DNA of 61,495 bases, counting the filler, from Stramenopiles sp. TOSAG23-6 (taxonomy: Eukaryota): assembly GCA_900128565.1 (NCBI GenBank). It is 11 parts of 11 records of this genome, joined end to end, with 100 filler letters (N's around TTAATTAATTAA, not from the genome) between each part and the next. Parts side by side here need not be neighbours in the genome. Positions count along the whole stretch, not along the records: positions 1 to 5,527 come from LT636890.1; positions 5,628 to 11,150 come from LT636891.1; 9 more parts are not named here. The stretch is one strand, 5' to 3'. The position numbers were made by a program, and so were the translations under genes. The notes beneath the pieces are model-generated. The model did no database searches. It had not been told where the DNA came from and was given only the letters and a program-made list of their open reading frames with translations. Shown piece by piece: positions 1 to 11,250 of this stretch (position 1 is its first letter; the number at the start of each line of letters is the position of its first letter).

Positions 1-3000
1 CATAAAGGCGGTCGTTGTATACCCTTTCCAGATATTAACATATTAAATAAGTCAAATGAAATTGTTGAGACAAATGGTAAAACTTCTCGGTATTTGGACA
101 CAAAATTTAATGATGGAGATATTCCAATACAAGATCTTGTGACAGATACATTTATGACACAAGCCGAGACAATGAGACTTGTAGCCGAAATACGTCTGGA
201 ACAAAAGCTTCAATCCAAGATGTCCACAACAAAGATGAAAGAATCAAATCCAAACCATTTTAGTCGTCGTCAAAAACCAGCACCATCGTCTAAAACTGTA
301 CAAAGGAGAAGACGTGAACGTGCCAAAGTAGACGCTGCTAGAGCGCGAAAGCGCAGACCATATGTGAAAGGTAGACATTCATCAAAATTGCGTAAAGAAG
401 TGCAAGAAAGATTAAAGCGAATTAAAGAAAGGCAACAGAGGAAAGCTGATGCTGAAATAAAGAGGAATGCACGTATAAATATGAAGCGTGAGATTGTAAT
501 AGGTGATAAAGTATCCGAAGTTCTTCGTCAATTTAAATTGAAGNNNNNNNNNNNNNTAATGAAACCGATGAAGCAAATGGTATATATATAAATAGTTCAG
601 AAGACTCAGATGATAATGTCACTGCTTTTGATGCATTCATTGTGGGTAGAAGAGGACACAATCAAAAAGATGATAAAGATGATGAAAGTGTAAATAGTGA
701 TGATGAGCTTATGGCTGAAATGGAGGCATATAGGAAAGAAAGGCAGGAATTGAGACATAGAGAAGTTATGGCTGCTGAATTTGTTCTTCGAAAAAAAAAT
801 AGTCGATTTCATCGAGGTGTTTGTCGTTTTTTCGGGAATTATTATTTTGTTCAAGCAAAGAATAGAAATGTAGGTTTGTTACATGGAGTTCAACTTACAG
901 CATTTGCTGTATCTCAAACAAATAAGTATAATGATTATTTCTCCATTTTTGTCCCAGAAACTAAAAATTGTAGCATGTGCATAAAACAAGCTTCTCGATT
1001 TCTTATGCGTAGCTCAGGAGCGCCAATGCGATCAACATGTATCAAAAATGGAGAAATCGTTAAATTCATTCAGTCAAATTTGGAATTGGGTGTATTTGTA
1101 AGGTACACAAATATTACAACTCATAAAACAGAGACAATATTTGTTCCACAAATAGAAGGTGGAACTAGTCCACAAAGAGTGTCTCAAGATTTTGATTATT
1201 TTAGTCTTGATTTACATGGGAAAATGAAGTTTAAAGAAAACATCTTTAATACCAGATTACCAATACATAAAAAAAAATGGCTGCACTATCATAAATCTAG
1301 CGGGAGAACGTGGACTATGTCTCGAAAACGAATGGCCCCGGAACGTCGTTTTGCTAGTGTTGTTGTGGAAGCATTACAAGAATTGCAGCTACTCGAGCGT
1401 TGAAAGATGCTGTATCATCTGCAAATAATTTTGAGTGGATGCTTGTTCACCCTGGCCGACATATTGATGAGGCATGTGACTATTTATTAAAAATAGGAGC
1501 AGCAAGTCAGAAAATGGTGAACATGTTAATCACAGAGAAACGCAAATTAGAAACACCATGCCAATCCTCTCATCGTAATAAATTTTGTATGATTGAGTCA
1601 CAAATGGTCAATGCTTTGTCATCAGAAGAATTTATTAGAAATTACAATGCATCGGTTGTACAAGCACAATCGCAAATCAGAGGTTGGCTTACACGGAACG
1701 AATATCAACAAAAGCAGGCTGCAGGACTTACTATTCAACGTAGACATCGAGGAAATACAAGTCGATGTCGATGTCGAAAGAGACGACAAGCTGCACATAC
1801 TATCACTAGATACACCAGACGTTATTCTGAGCGTCATGTTGAGAAATATGATTATGCTTGTCATATTCAAGGTCAAGTTCGCTGCCGACAGGGTAGAAAA
1901 AGATATCAGAAACAACGTAGATGTATTACTTTGATCCAGAAAACAATGCGTGGGCGTTTTACTCGTATGACTCTGAAAAATGAAAAGCAAATTAAGGAAA
2001 GAATTTTTATAAAAGCATCTGAAAAGATTACATCAACATGGCGCATGGTTCAGCAGAAGCACCGTTATACAAAACTCAAAAATGGAATTTTGCTTTTTCA
2101 GAAAATTTTCCGTCAATATATCATAAAAGCAAACGCAAATAAATCTAAAACTTCAAAGAAATTTCGAAAGAAATCTGTTAGAGTTCTTACAGAACAGGAA
2201 AGAATGTGGAAAGGAAGTGTCTGTGCAGTTGTCGAAATTGTTAAATGTGGTGGTTTACCTCTCCCTAATAGGAATACTGATGATCCTTATATCTCTAACC
2301 CTAACCCAGATCCGTATATCTCATTAGCTTGTGGGCTACAAAAGTTCACTTCTACAATAAAAAAGAAAACAGTGAATCCTATATGGCATGAACAATTTGA
2401 GCTTAACTTTGATAGTCTTTCAACTTGTCAAGCCTCTCAGCTAAATTTTCATATACATGATTGGAATTTCTGGAAAAAACGAAAATCACACGATTTACTA
2501 TGCTCTGGAAGTATAGATTTCGATGAATTTAAAACTGGTACACGATCTGAATACTCGATTGAGCTCCAGTCCGACATTCCATCTCATGATGGAGGTATGT
2601 TAGTGATTTGGGTCAAAGTAGTTCTAGACAACAAAACTACTACAGGGAAATCCAGCCACCCTAAAGAAAAGAATCAAATGCAAGCATTGGCTGTAATGAA
2701 AAAAACAGAAGCAAGCTTAAAATTATTTCAAGAACGAGAAGAAAATTTATTGAAAATGCTTGAAAATAATAAGAGTAACCACAATGTTGTAATTACTAGA
2801 AGTTCGCCAACATCCATAGTACGTAATAAAGTTCTATCTACGAAACTTAAATCTGTTTTTTCCATTGAAAATGAATGGAAAGAAAAATTGTCAGAACTTT
2901 ACATTGAGAAATTTCCTGTATACTCCAAAGTTTTAACATGTGAAAAAAATATATGTCTACAATCAGCATTATATGCAGCAATCGCATCTGCAGAGTCAGC

Positions 3001-4708
3001 ATTGTATTTTGCAGAAATTGCATCGAGTGAAGTAAAATTAGGATATGCTTTTCAAGCAGTATCAAAAATACAAAAGAGGGTAGATACAGTAAAACAAACA
3101 TTCCTTGATGCATCGACTGCATTTGATTTAGCTAATATGGAACTTATTAGCGAGCGGAGAGTCAATGGACTATTGGATGATACATTAATAACGGATAATG
3201 CAAAATCATTTGCATTATCATCAAAATACGAAATAATATTCGAACTTATTGATGGTCATTCTTTTGCACTTATTAATGAAAATCAAGAGTACAATGCTCC
3301 ATGTGTGACATGGGAACTATTTTCAATTAAAGAAAATGTGGAAGGAAAACAATTCCAAAAAAGCTCAGTGTTATCTAATACCCCCAAAAACGATATCGCA
3401 GTATGGCACGAGCAATTTCGATTCAAGTTTACATCTCTTGAGGATTTACAAAACTCTTCTATTAGATTAAAGTTACATGACTGTAGTAATGGACACGAAC
3501 AAATGGACATTAAGAGTGTACAAACCGATCAGAGAAACAAAGCAGATGCAATCAATCTTGAGCTGCCATCACTAAAACCATATGTCAAAGATGACACCAC
3601 ACAAAGTACAAAGACAATGAATTTGATTGGTACTTTAGTAATAAATCTAAAAGATTTATGTCAATCTATAGGTTTTAGTGCATGGAATTGGGAAAATAGG
3701 GTATTGAACGTAGAACCTCAAGGAGTGTTAAATATTCGTTCCACAATTACTCGGGGTTCAGAGGATACTGCACTAGGACTTGAATGTGTACATTTAAGAC
3801 TTGAGAGAGATCGCACAATCAAATTTGACGCTGACTTAGCAGAGGCAGAGCGTATTAGAAAAATAAAGGAAGAGGAAGAAGCGAAAATTGCTGCAGATAT
3901 AGCTCGTCAACGAAAAGAAGAAGCGAAACAACGGCAACTTTTGGAAGATGCCAGGAGAAATATGTTAGAAGTTTGCCGAAAGTGGGAAGGTGAAATGAAA
4001 GTTTTAGTTTCTATTCAACTGTTGGCGGCCACTTCGCTTCCTATTTCATCAAGGGATGGTAAAGGAATGCCTCCTACTGTATATGTAAAGTTTTCTCAGC
4101 GCAAAGTCTATCGCACTGCTACACTAGAGCCGAACACAGTACGTAGTGATGTGAGGGCAAGGACAACCGATCCAACATGGGAAAATGCTGCAAAGGCAAA
4201 TACAAAAGTCTTTGAATATCCTTCAATTGAAGATGTAGTGGGTAACGATGGCAAATGGCAAGATGAAGGAGGAGGAGTTATTGATATTCTTATAGTTGAT
4301 CTAGACTTGAACAAGGCAGGTGGCGAAAAAATATTATGTTCAGGAAAACTTGACTTATCAACGGTTCACAATATTGATCAGAATAAAAATGAAGTTTCAG
4401 CTGCTAAAGCAACTAAAACGCCTCAATTGGGGGCGCGGGTAAGAGCAAATATGAATAAAAGTAAGTTTGTCTTTGTACAAATGTCCCCCGGGCCAGGGGC
4501 AGACATGTCACAGGCAACTTCAAGTGAGGATGGTGGAGATGTTCAACTAGAGGTCCTATTTAAACATATTAAAAAGAAAGAGACAAAGAAGTCTGAAAAA
4601 GTATTTGAAAAAGATTCAATCAACAACTTGAAGTCTTCAAAGAAAGGATCGAAACGCCGTGGCAAACAAAACCGAAAGAACCGAAAGAAGAAACATCGAC
4701 GGAAATAA
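1..4708 (+). CDS. Large IQ-motif / multi-C2-domain protein, 5'-partial; apparent frameshift near 1357-1400
   Basis: Open frames 1-543, 557-1403 and about 1358-4708. IQ-like repeats (QSQIRGWLTR, IQKTMRGRFTR); C2 motifs (DPYISL..TSTIKKKTVNPIWHEQF; AVWHEQFRF; TTDPTWE). Confidence 0.7.
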
Positions 4709-4885
4709 TTTTTCAGTGTAATGGACAAACCTTATCTCTTACCAAAATTTCGTACCTTATTTATACCTCTAATCCGGATCAAAGACCTAGACAAAATCTC
4801 ATCTTTGATTACTAAAAAACAATTTAATATATTTTTTTAAATAAATATTTCGAATATTACAACTACACTCTCTATAATAATAGAC

Positions 4886-5474
4886 TTAATCCATCCACCA
4901 ATACTGATCTTGGATTTGACTCTCATGATCGCGCCTTGCTCGCCGATGACTTCCACCCTTTCTTAACCGAGCTGATGTATTTTGGAAAAATATTTCAAAA
5001 AAAATTCGTTAGGTACAAAATTTAGTACGAAAAAAAAACTTGAATTTGAAAAAAAATAAAACATACATGAACCACTTTTATACTTTTCACCAGTTAAATT
5101 TGGTCGTTGAAGCAAAGTTTTCGTTCCCAATTTTTTATTTATGACATCTAATTGAATGCCCGCACCAGATCCAAATGAATACACCAATACAACACCATTT
5201 TCATGACCACAAACTATCGAATATGTACATATATTGTGAAAAGTATTTTGTGAAAAAAAAGATTGTTAGATACGAAATGTTTTGAAAAAAAATGTAGGTA
5301 ACAATTTTTCTAGGAAAAAAAAAACGTACTAACTTTCATACAAGTGATGGGAGTGTTACCGGCATTTTTCAGTTCGCGTAAACAACGTCCCATTTTTGAA
5401 AATGCACGCGAATCAAGATCAATTTCCCAGATCTTGATTGTTCCATCAGACCCAGCACTCACAATTTTATGAGC
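4886..5474 (-). CDS. WD40-repeat protein, 3' part, 3 exons
   Basis: Spliced: AHKIVSAGSDGTIKIWEI..PITCMKVSTYSIVCGHENGVVLVYSF..QYWWMD*. Confidence 0.75.
4975..5066 (-). mobile_element. Introner-like intron, GT-AT
   Basis: AT|GTATGT..TACCTAAC..CCAAAATACAT|; removal keeps frame (an AG 3 nt downstream is also in frame). Confidence 0.8.
5229..5329 (-). mobile_element. Introner-like intron, GT-AT (diverged)
   Basis: TA|GTACGT..TATCTAAC..CACAATATAT|; gives MKVSTYSIVCG. Confidence 0.7.
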
Positions 5475-5527
5475 ATGTATTTTGGAAAAATATTTCAAAA
5501 AAAATCTAAAAAAATTTGTTAGGTACA
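5475..5527 (-). mobile_element. Introner 3' half at contig end (AT acceptor)
   Basis: TACCTAAC..CCAAAATACAT| followed by the WD40 exon. Confidence 0.75.
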
Positions 5528-5627
5528 NNNNNNNNNNNNNNNNNNNNNNNNNNNNNNNNNNNNNNNNNNNNTTAATTAATTAANNNNNNNNNNNNNNNNN
5601 NNNNNNNNNNNNNNNNNNNNNNNNNNN
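5528..5627. other. Artificial contig spacer (44 N + TTAATTAATTAA + 44 N); recurs at 11195, 16817, 22431, 28028, 33625, 39211, 44796, 50381, 55963
   Basis: Identical six-frame-stop linker inside N runs every ~5.6 kb. Confidence 0.97.
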
Positions 5628-8038
5628 ATCAAATCAATTTGAAACTCGTTGTCGTCAGACAGATAAATGCGAAGCGTATGTACGTTTTATTTTTTTTCAA
5701 ATTCGATTTTTTTTTTCATACGAAATTTTGTACCTAACAAATTTTACTTTTTTTTTTTGAAATATTTTTTCAAAATACATCCTTGTCATCCAGTAATTGT
5801 CATTAACTATAATCAAATTCAATTAAAACTTGAAAATCTTTCAAAACGACCGATGACAACAGACATTATAGTAAAAAACATAAATTTGAGTGTTAATGTT
5901 GATCATTTAATAGACGTTATCCGAGATATTATGTTGGAAAGGAATTTTCGTAAAAAAGCGATTTTTATAAATGGATTTGATAATGATGGCACATCGATTG
6001 GTTGTTCTACTGCGCAAAATGTTTCACTGGCAAACAAAAAAAACAAAAAAAACAAAAAAAGACGATTTTCAAATTTCATTTTGAAAGAAAGAAAAAGACG
6101 AATTTCAAATAAATCTTTGAATACATCTTCGAATACATGTAAAACAAGCTCTTTTATAGCAAAAGAAAAGTTATCATCTCGAATGAAAGGTTCTATTCGA
6201 AACCTNGAGTTGCGTGAAATTGCTATTCGAAGTGTTTTTGGNGGTTTTGTGACNCATGTCATAGAATTTATGAAACAAAGTATTGTACGTACTTTAAAAT
6301 TTCAACTTTCTTGTTTGTCTAATTCAAGAATTTGTAAACCTTCTGAAATTATATTAAATAACGTCTGGTTTGAAATGCCACAGGATCTATCCATTCCATG
6401 TGTGTTTTATTTTTTTCAATTTCGGATTTATGTTTTTTTTCATACGAAATTTTGTACCTAACGATTTTTTTCATGATTTCGTGTTTTTTTTTCACATTCC
6501 ATGGTACGAAAGTTTGTTTTTTTTAAGACATGATGAAACTCTTTTTCATTTTAAACCTACAATTGANTCTCAAGGTGGTGGTGGTGAANCAGAAATGATG
6601 ATTGAGATAGGTCATCGACGTGATGGTGTCTGGAGTTCGGGTTGGGAGGGATATCTACCTAACGATTTGGATAGAAAACTTTTGCCATTTAAACTATTTT
6701 TTACAAAACTTTTGATTGAGATTCCTTCAAATNATGTACAAGGGAATCTAGAAGTGCTAAATGATACAAAACCAAATAGAAATTCGTCGAATAATGTATG
6801 TTTTATTTTTTTTTTTTACAAAAAATCGAATTTATTTTTTTGGTTTTTATAAAAATTTTGTACCTAACAAATTTTAGTTTTTTTTTTTTTAATATTTTTC
6901 CAAAATGCATGTATTGAATAATGACACAAGCAATCATTTGAATTCTACAAAATTTAATTGTTTGGACAGTACAAACGTCAATGACGTCAACCTACCTAGC
7001 CCTAACCCTAACATCAATGACGTCAATGACACACATTTTAGTTTGTCACTGGCTCCAAATTCTTCCAATACAATGAATGATGGAATACTTGGTAAAATAT
7101 TTCGCTTGGCTGGATTGGAAATGTTTGTTTTATTTTTTTTCAAATTCGATTTCTTTTTTTATAAAAATTTTGTACCTAACAAATTTAAGTTTTTTTTTTA
7201 AAGATTTTTCCAAAATACATGGATGGTATAGGATATAATCTTAGATTAATCGGGTCGACACAGTTACCGATTAAATTTTGTATTGATAGGTTTCGCATTG
7301 AAATTNTTACTGATTTATTATGGCTTNTGTTACAAAAANANCAATTGAAGGATATCAATCGGATGAAAGACATTGCATTTCAAGCGGCTCTAGATACAAA
7401 TGAAAAAGATCCCATTGCTACTGCTGATAGTTCTATATCGCTACCATGTTTGTTTTATTTTTTTTCAATTTTTTTTTTGTAATTTTTTTTTCATACGAAA
7501 TTTTGTACCTAACAAATTTTAGTTTTTTTTTTCAAATATTTTTCCGAAATACATTATTAAGTATGAATTGGTTCTTAGGTCTAAAAGAATTATGTACGTT
7601 TTCATTTCAATGTAGAATGTTTTTTTAGTACGAAAGTTTNTACNTAACGTTTTTTTTTTTGAAATATTTTTTCATANTCCATGGAAGACANTGGAACCCA
7701 TCATTGAAGTACAAGCATATATATCTTTGACAAATGAAAAAGATGGGCTACGCTTTTGCATGGGTCGCAAATCTCAAAAAACATCAAAGGATANTACCTC
7801 CCAAAATCAATGTGAAAATCAATGTAAAAATACATTTAATCATTTATGCAAAGAAAAGACAATCAACAATGATGTAAAATCTAAAGTTNANCCACTGATT
7901 CAAATTCAATTTAAATTTTTCATTCAAGAAGTCATCGACATTTTNTGTGAACTTGATAAAATTACATCTTCAATGACTGTAGAAAAAGGACGTGAAGCTG
8001 AGCGGGTAGCTATTTTGAAGCAGAAGAAAAATAAATAA
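5628..8038 (+). CDS. Hypothetical protein, 5'-partial, interrupted by six GT-AT introns
   Basis: Removing 5680-5780, 6400-6502, 6796-6910, 7123-7220, 7448-7554 and 7594-7682 yields one continuous frame ending ..ILKQKKNK*. Confidence 0.75.
5680..5780 (+). mobile_element. Introner-like intron, GT-AT
   Basis: TAT|GTACGT..TACCTAAC..CAAAATACAT|CCT; the nearest downstream AG creates a TAA stop. Confidence 0.85.
6400..6502 (+). mobile_element. Introner-like intron, GT-AT
   Basis: CCAT|GTGTGT..TACCTAAC..ACATTCCAT|GG gives IPWYE. Confidence 0.75.
6796..6910 (+). mobile_element. Introner-like intron, GT-AT
   Basis: AAT|GTATGT..TACCTAAC..CAAAATGCAT|GTA, in frame. Confidence 0.8.
7123..7220 (+). mobile_element. 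Introner-like intron, GT-AT
   Basis: AT|GTTTGT..TACCTAAC..CAAAATACAT|G, in frame. Confidence 0.8.
7448..7554 (+). mobile_element. Introner-like intron, GT-AT
   Basis: CCAT|GTTTGT..TACCTAAC..GAAATACAT|TA, in frame. Confidence 0.8.
7594..7682 (+). mobile_element. Introner-like intron, GT-AT
   Basis: TTAT|GTACGT..TACNTAAC..TCCAT|GG gives KELWKT. Confidence 0.75.
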
Positions 8039-8100
8039 ATAAATAAATGATGAAAAATTATTTTTTTTTTTTAATTCATTTTTTTTGTTGAGAAATACTT

Positions 8101-9618
8101 TCAACTCGTATAAGCAAATTGAAATTCTGCAACTAATGCACAATGATCGCTTGTTTTATAGGATGGAAATTTTATTTCTCGTTTACAGCCAATGCAAATA
8201 GGATACTTGATTCTTCGATGACGTTGATTTCGAGGAATATTTCGTCTTTTTGTACCAAATTCTGTAGGTAACGAACGACCGAAACGATAAAGTATATGGT
8301 CTAATTGACTTTCCAGTTTTTCTTTCTTTTTTCCCCCATTCGAAATAATTCTATGCCAAGTAGGTGCAGCATCAGAATGTACATTTGCTAATGTTGGTGT
8401 TGGTGAAGACACNTCGAAATGTCGTAAAGTTTATATTGTGAAAAAATATTTTTTTTTTTGGTGTACAAAAATTCGTTAGGTACAAAATTTTCATACAAAA
8501 AATAAAATTCATGAGGAAAACGTACTTGAACTATAAATGTTCTTTGTGAGTTTGGACAAACACTTTGAAACCGTAACGCTGGATTTTCACAATTTAAATT
8601 TGGTTTTATTTTTCTGATAGGGTTGATCAAAGGATCAGTTTCTGAGCTGTTTAAGTCTCCTAGGATTACTATATCCTCATATAATCTTGATTTCCGTTGT
8701 ACTGTATTTTNGNAAAATANTTCNAAAAAAAANCCCTNAAANTTCNTTAGGTACAAAATTTCCTATAAAACAAATCGAATTTGAAAAAAAATAAAACATA
8801 CATGCAGCTCTAACAATTCGGGCTTGAGCCATCCGCTTATAATGAGAAAAATCATTTCCTCGCAAAGACTTTAAGTGTAGAGCTACAATATTGAGTGGTC
8901 TACCTCCAGTAGCCTTTGGGAAACAACGGGCAATATACCCTCGCCTCAATTTTAGCTGGAATGTTTTTAATTTTCTATTTCCATGAGATGAAAATTCAAT
9001 TTTTTTATTTCGTGTTTTGTTTCNTGTTGCGAAGGACTTCTTATGATGTCTTTTACATGTAGTTGTTTTAATTCGTCCCGCAGAAGCTTTCGCAGCAGAT
9101 GCCACGGCTGCCCAACTTTTATTATTTTTTTGAATTGGATAAGGTTTTGANGGATCAACCATTGTTACCGTCAAATCTTCATCTACAGTATCAAATCTAG
9201 TGTACGAAACTAATGGTTTAGAATGATGCTTCAAAAGAGCACTTTTTCTGTAGTATAGAGCAAGGTTGACACCACCATTTCCTTTATTACGTCTCTGTGA
9301 GTCGTGCCATACAAAACCAAATTTATCTGAATGATGCCGATTCAACTCTTTAAAAACAAGTTCCGCAGCACGTCTATCACAAACTTCAACGAGAGAGATT
9401 ATATCAGCACACAATCGAACTAAATGTTTGGCAACTAAATGAATTCGTGCAAGACCGCCATCGACTCTGCTATCCAACATTTCTACGTTCCAAGTAACTA
9501 CTCGAAGACATTGCTTATTTTTTTCTAGAATCTCATTTTTATCCAAAGATTTTTTGTTATATGCTGCTCGATGTTTTTCTCGCCTGCGTTCAGCTCGAGC
9601 AACTTTTTTAGACGGCAT
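8101..9618 (-). CDS. Endonuclease/exonuclease/phosphatase (EEP) family protein, 3 exons
   Basis: Motifs VVTWNVE, ADIISLVEV, LHLKS, VILGDLN, LDHIL, SDHCAL. Confidence 0.85.
8431..8525 (-). mobile_element. Introner-like intron, probable GT-AA
   Basis: CAA|GTACGT..TACCTAAC..CACAATATAA|ACT restores the frame to LDHIL/SDH; an in-frame CAT 12 nt downstream is an alternative. Confidence 0.65.
8702..8801 (-). mobile_element. Introner-like intron, GT-AG
   Basis: GCAT|GTATGT..AAAATACAG|TA, in frame to GDLN. Confidence 0.85.
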
Positions 9619-9928
9619 TCTATACTAATTGAATAAAACTATATAATTCTGGTTTACTTGTGAATTTGTAAGTTCAGCACAAACGGTTTTTATCATTTTT
9701 ATTGTTTACAAAGAGATGAAAGAGTGCAAATTTTCTAATGGTTCAATTCAAAGTCGAAGTGATTTTTGATGTGGCCGTTAAATCCAGTTTGCCGTTGTGT
9801 CGGCGGTTGATTTTCAAATTTCAAATTTTCAAAATTTCAAAATTTCGAATTTTCAAAAGCGCGCTGACGTAAATAACAAGAAAAAAACGATTAAAAAAAG
9901 CTCATCAATTCTATCTTCTGAATTAGAA

Positions 9929-10051
9929 ATGGTGGATTGGATAGGCGTTGGAATTATACTTGCCTTTGGAGCCGCAGCCCTCGGTATATACATTTGTGGG
10001 CAAATGTATGATACCACACAAAAAATTCCAGAGCAACAGCAATTGATTTGA
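9929..10051 (+). CDS. Small 40-aa single-TM protein
   Basis: MVDWIGVGIILAFGAAALGIYICG..; divergent from the EEP gene. Confidence 0.4.
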   Translation: MVDWIGVGIILAFGAAALGIYICGQMYDTTQKIPEQQQLI

Positions 10052-10106
10052 AAGAAAAATTTTACTTATTGGGCTCTGCTGCTGCTGCTGCTGCTGACTG
10101 CTGACC

Positions 10107-10928
10107 ATGCAGGGGGGTGCGGCGATGTGGGTCGATGACCCGATGTCGTGCCTGAATCTGGGCAACGATTTCGGCGAATCTGAACGTCGTCCGGGATTTG
10201 GGTTGTGCTCTGCCGACGGCTCCCTTTTTGTCTCAGGCGCGGTAGAGGGGGGGGTCAAAAGCATTAAACCGGCACCCGGCATCAAGTACATGAGTGATCG
10301 CCAAGGAAGAGTTCGCCCAGCAGGCCCAGGGGATGGTGGAATAGAGCCAGGCTCGCGTGTGTGGGCTAAAAGCGGCTCACGCTCGTCACCATACCCTGGA
10401 CAAATGGGCACCGCAATCCGTTATCGTGCGGCGAAGCTGCGCTGGGAGATCCGCTGGGACGATGGCTCACAGAGTCTCTATGATCCTTTTAACCTGCGTA
10501 ATATCGTGACGAGCCCCTTCAAGTACCGTGCTAGCGAGTTGGATGCCACGGTTGCACTCAGACGGCGTGCTATCAAAGAGGCGGCTACCACTCGGTGGTG
10601 TCCAGGCCAGTCCAGATTTATCCTGACTGACAAAAAGGGCTTCTATTATGATGAGGATTTCGGTCGAGAGGGCACCATGATGGACGCCCCTGTCGACATC
10701 GAGGTGACCCTGCCCCCTGCGGTAGCCGCTGCTACGACGCACATGGAATTCAAGAATTCCAACGTGCTACTCCTCAAGGCGGAGCAAGGACATATGTTGG
10801 CTACGGTGACCAAAAACAAATTTTTGAACGATTTCGACAAGTGGGACTGTTTTAAAACCGGCGGATTTGTCTGTGAAGTACTTGCGGAGCGCGGCGTCAA
10901 AATGTTTCGCGCTGCTATATTTCTGTAG
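10107..10928 (+). CDS. Hypothetical protein in GC-rich island (possible Tudor/SH3-like segment)
   Basis: 273-aa ORF; GSRVWAK..GTAIRY..WEIRWDDGSQ; composition unlike the flanks. Confidence 0.55.
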   Translation: MQGGAAMWVDDPMSCLNLGNDFGESERRPGFGLCSADGSLFVSGAVEGGVKSIKPAPGIKYMSDRQGRVRPAGPGDGGIEPGSRVWAKSGSRSSPYPGQMGTAIRYRAAKLRWEIRWDDGSQSLYDPFNLRNIVTSPFKYRASELDATVALRRRAIKEAATTRWCPGQSRFILTDKKGFYYDEDFGREGTMMDAPVDIEVTLPPAVAAATTHMEFKNSNVLLLKAEQGHMLATVTKNKFLNDFDKWDCFKTGGFVCEVLAERGVKMFRAAIFL

Positions 10929-11250
10929 GCTTTCCGGGCTTTGAGCGCTGCGCTGCTGGTTGAGCGCTCCGCTGGTGAGGATGGAGACGAAGACGAGGGC
11001 GCAAGCAATTCAAATTGCAAAGATTTCGTTTTTTTTGAAGATTGAGATAAAGAATTTTTGGAAAAATGGTAGGGGGTCGAACTGTCGAACTGGTACATGC
11101 ACTAAAAATCACTTTTTCGAAAAAAGAAAAATCGCATTATAATTTATTTGNNNNNNNNNNNNNNNNNNNNNNNNNNNNNNNNNNNNNNNNNNNNTTAATT
11201 AATTAANNNNNNNNNNNNNNNNNNNNNNNNNNNNNNNNNNNNNNNNNNNN

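Noticed and set aside
4975-5066. Ciliate-like IES (DNA elimination) bounded by dinucleotide repeats
   Set aside because: Strict sense orientation with donor and branch motifs points to RNA splicing; not formally excluded without reads.
5572-5583. Recurring TTAATTAATTAA motif with ~5.6 kb period
   Set aside because: Artificial contig linker; contigs are simply sorted by length.
5678-5778. Reading the introns as minor-spliceosome AT-AC (boundaries shifted 2 nt)
   Set aside because: No U12 donor ATATCCTT or TCCTTAAC branch. The shift gives AT-CC, AT-GC, CT-AC or TT-AC in other copies, whereas GT is invariant.
6871-6877. TTTTAG just after the branch point as the true acceptor
   Set aside because: Absent from many copies, very close to the branch, and its use would retain T-rich sequence that breaks the frame.
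5680-7682. CRISPR-like array from the recurring TACCTAAC repeat
   Set aside because: Eukaryotic context, irregular spacing, the intervening sequences are exons, and there are no cas genes.
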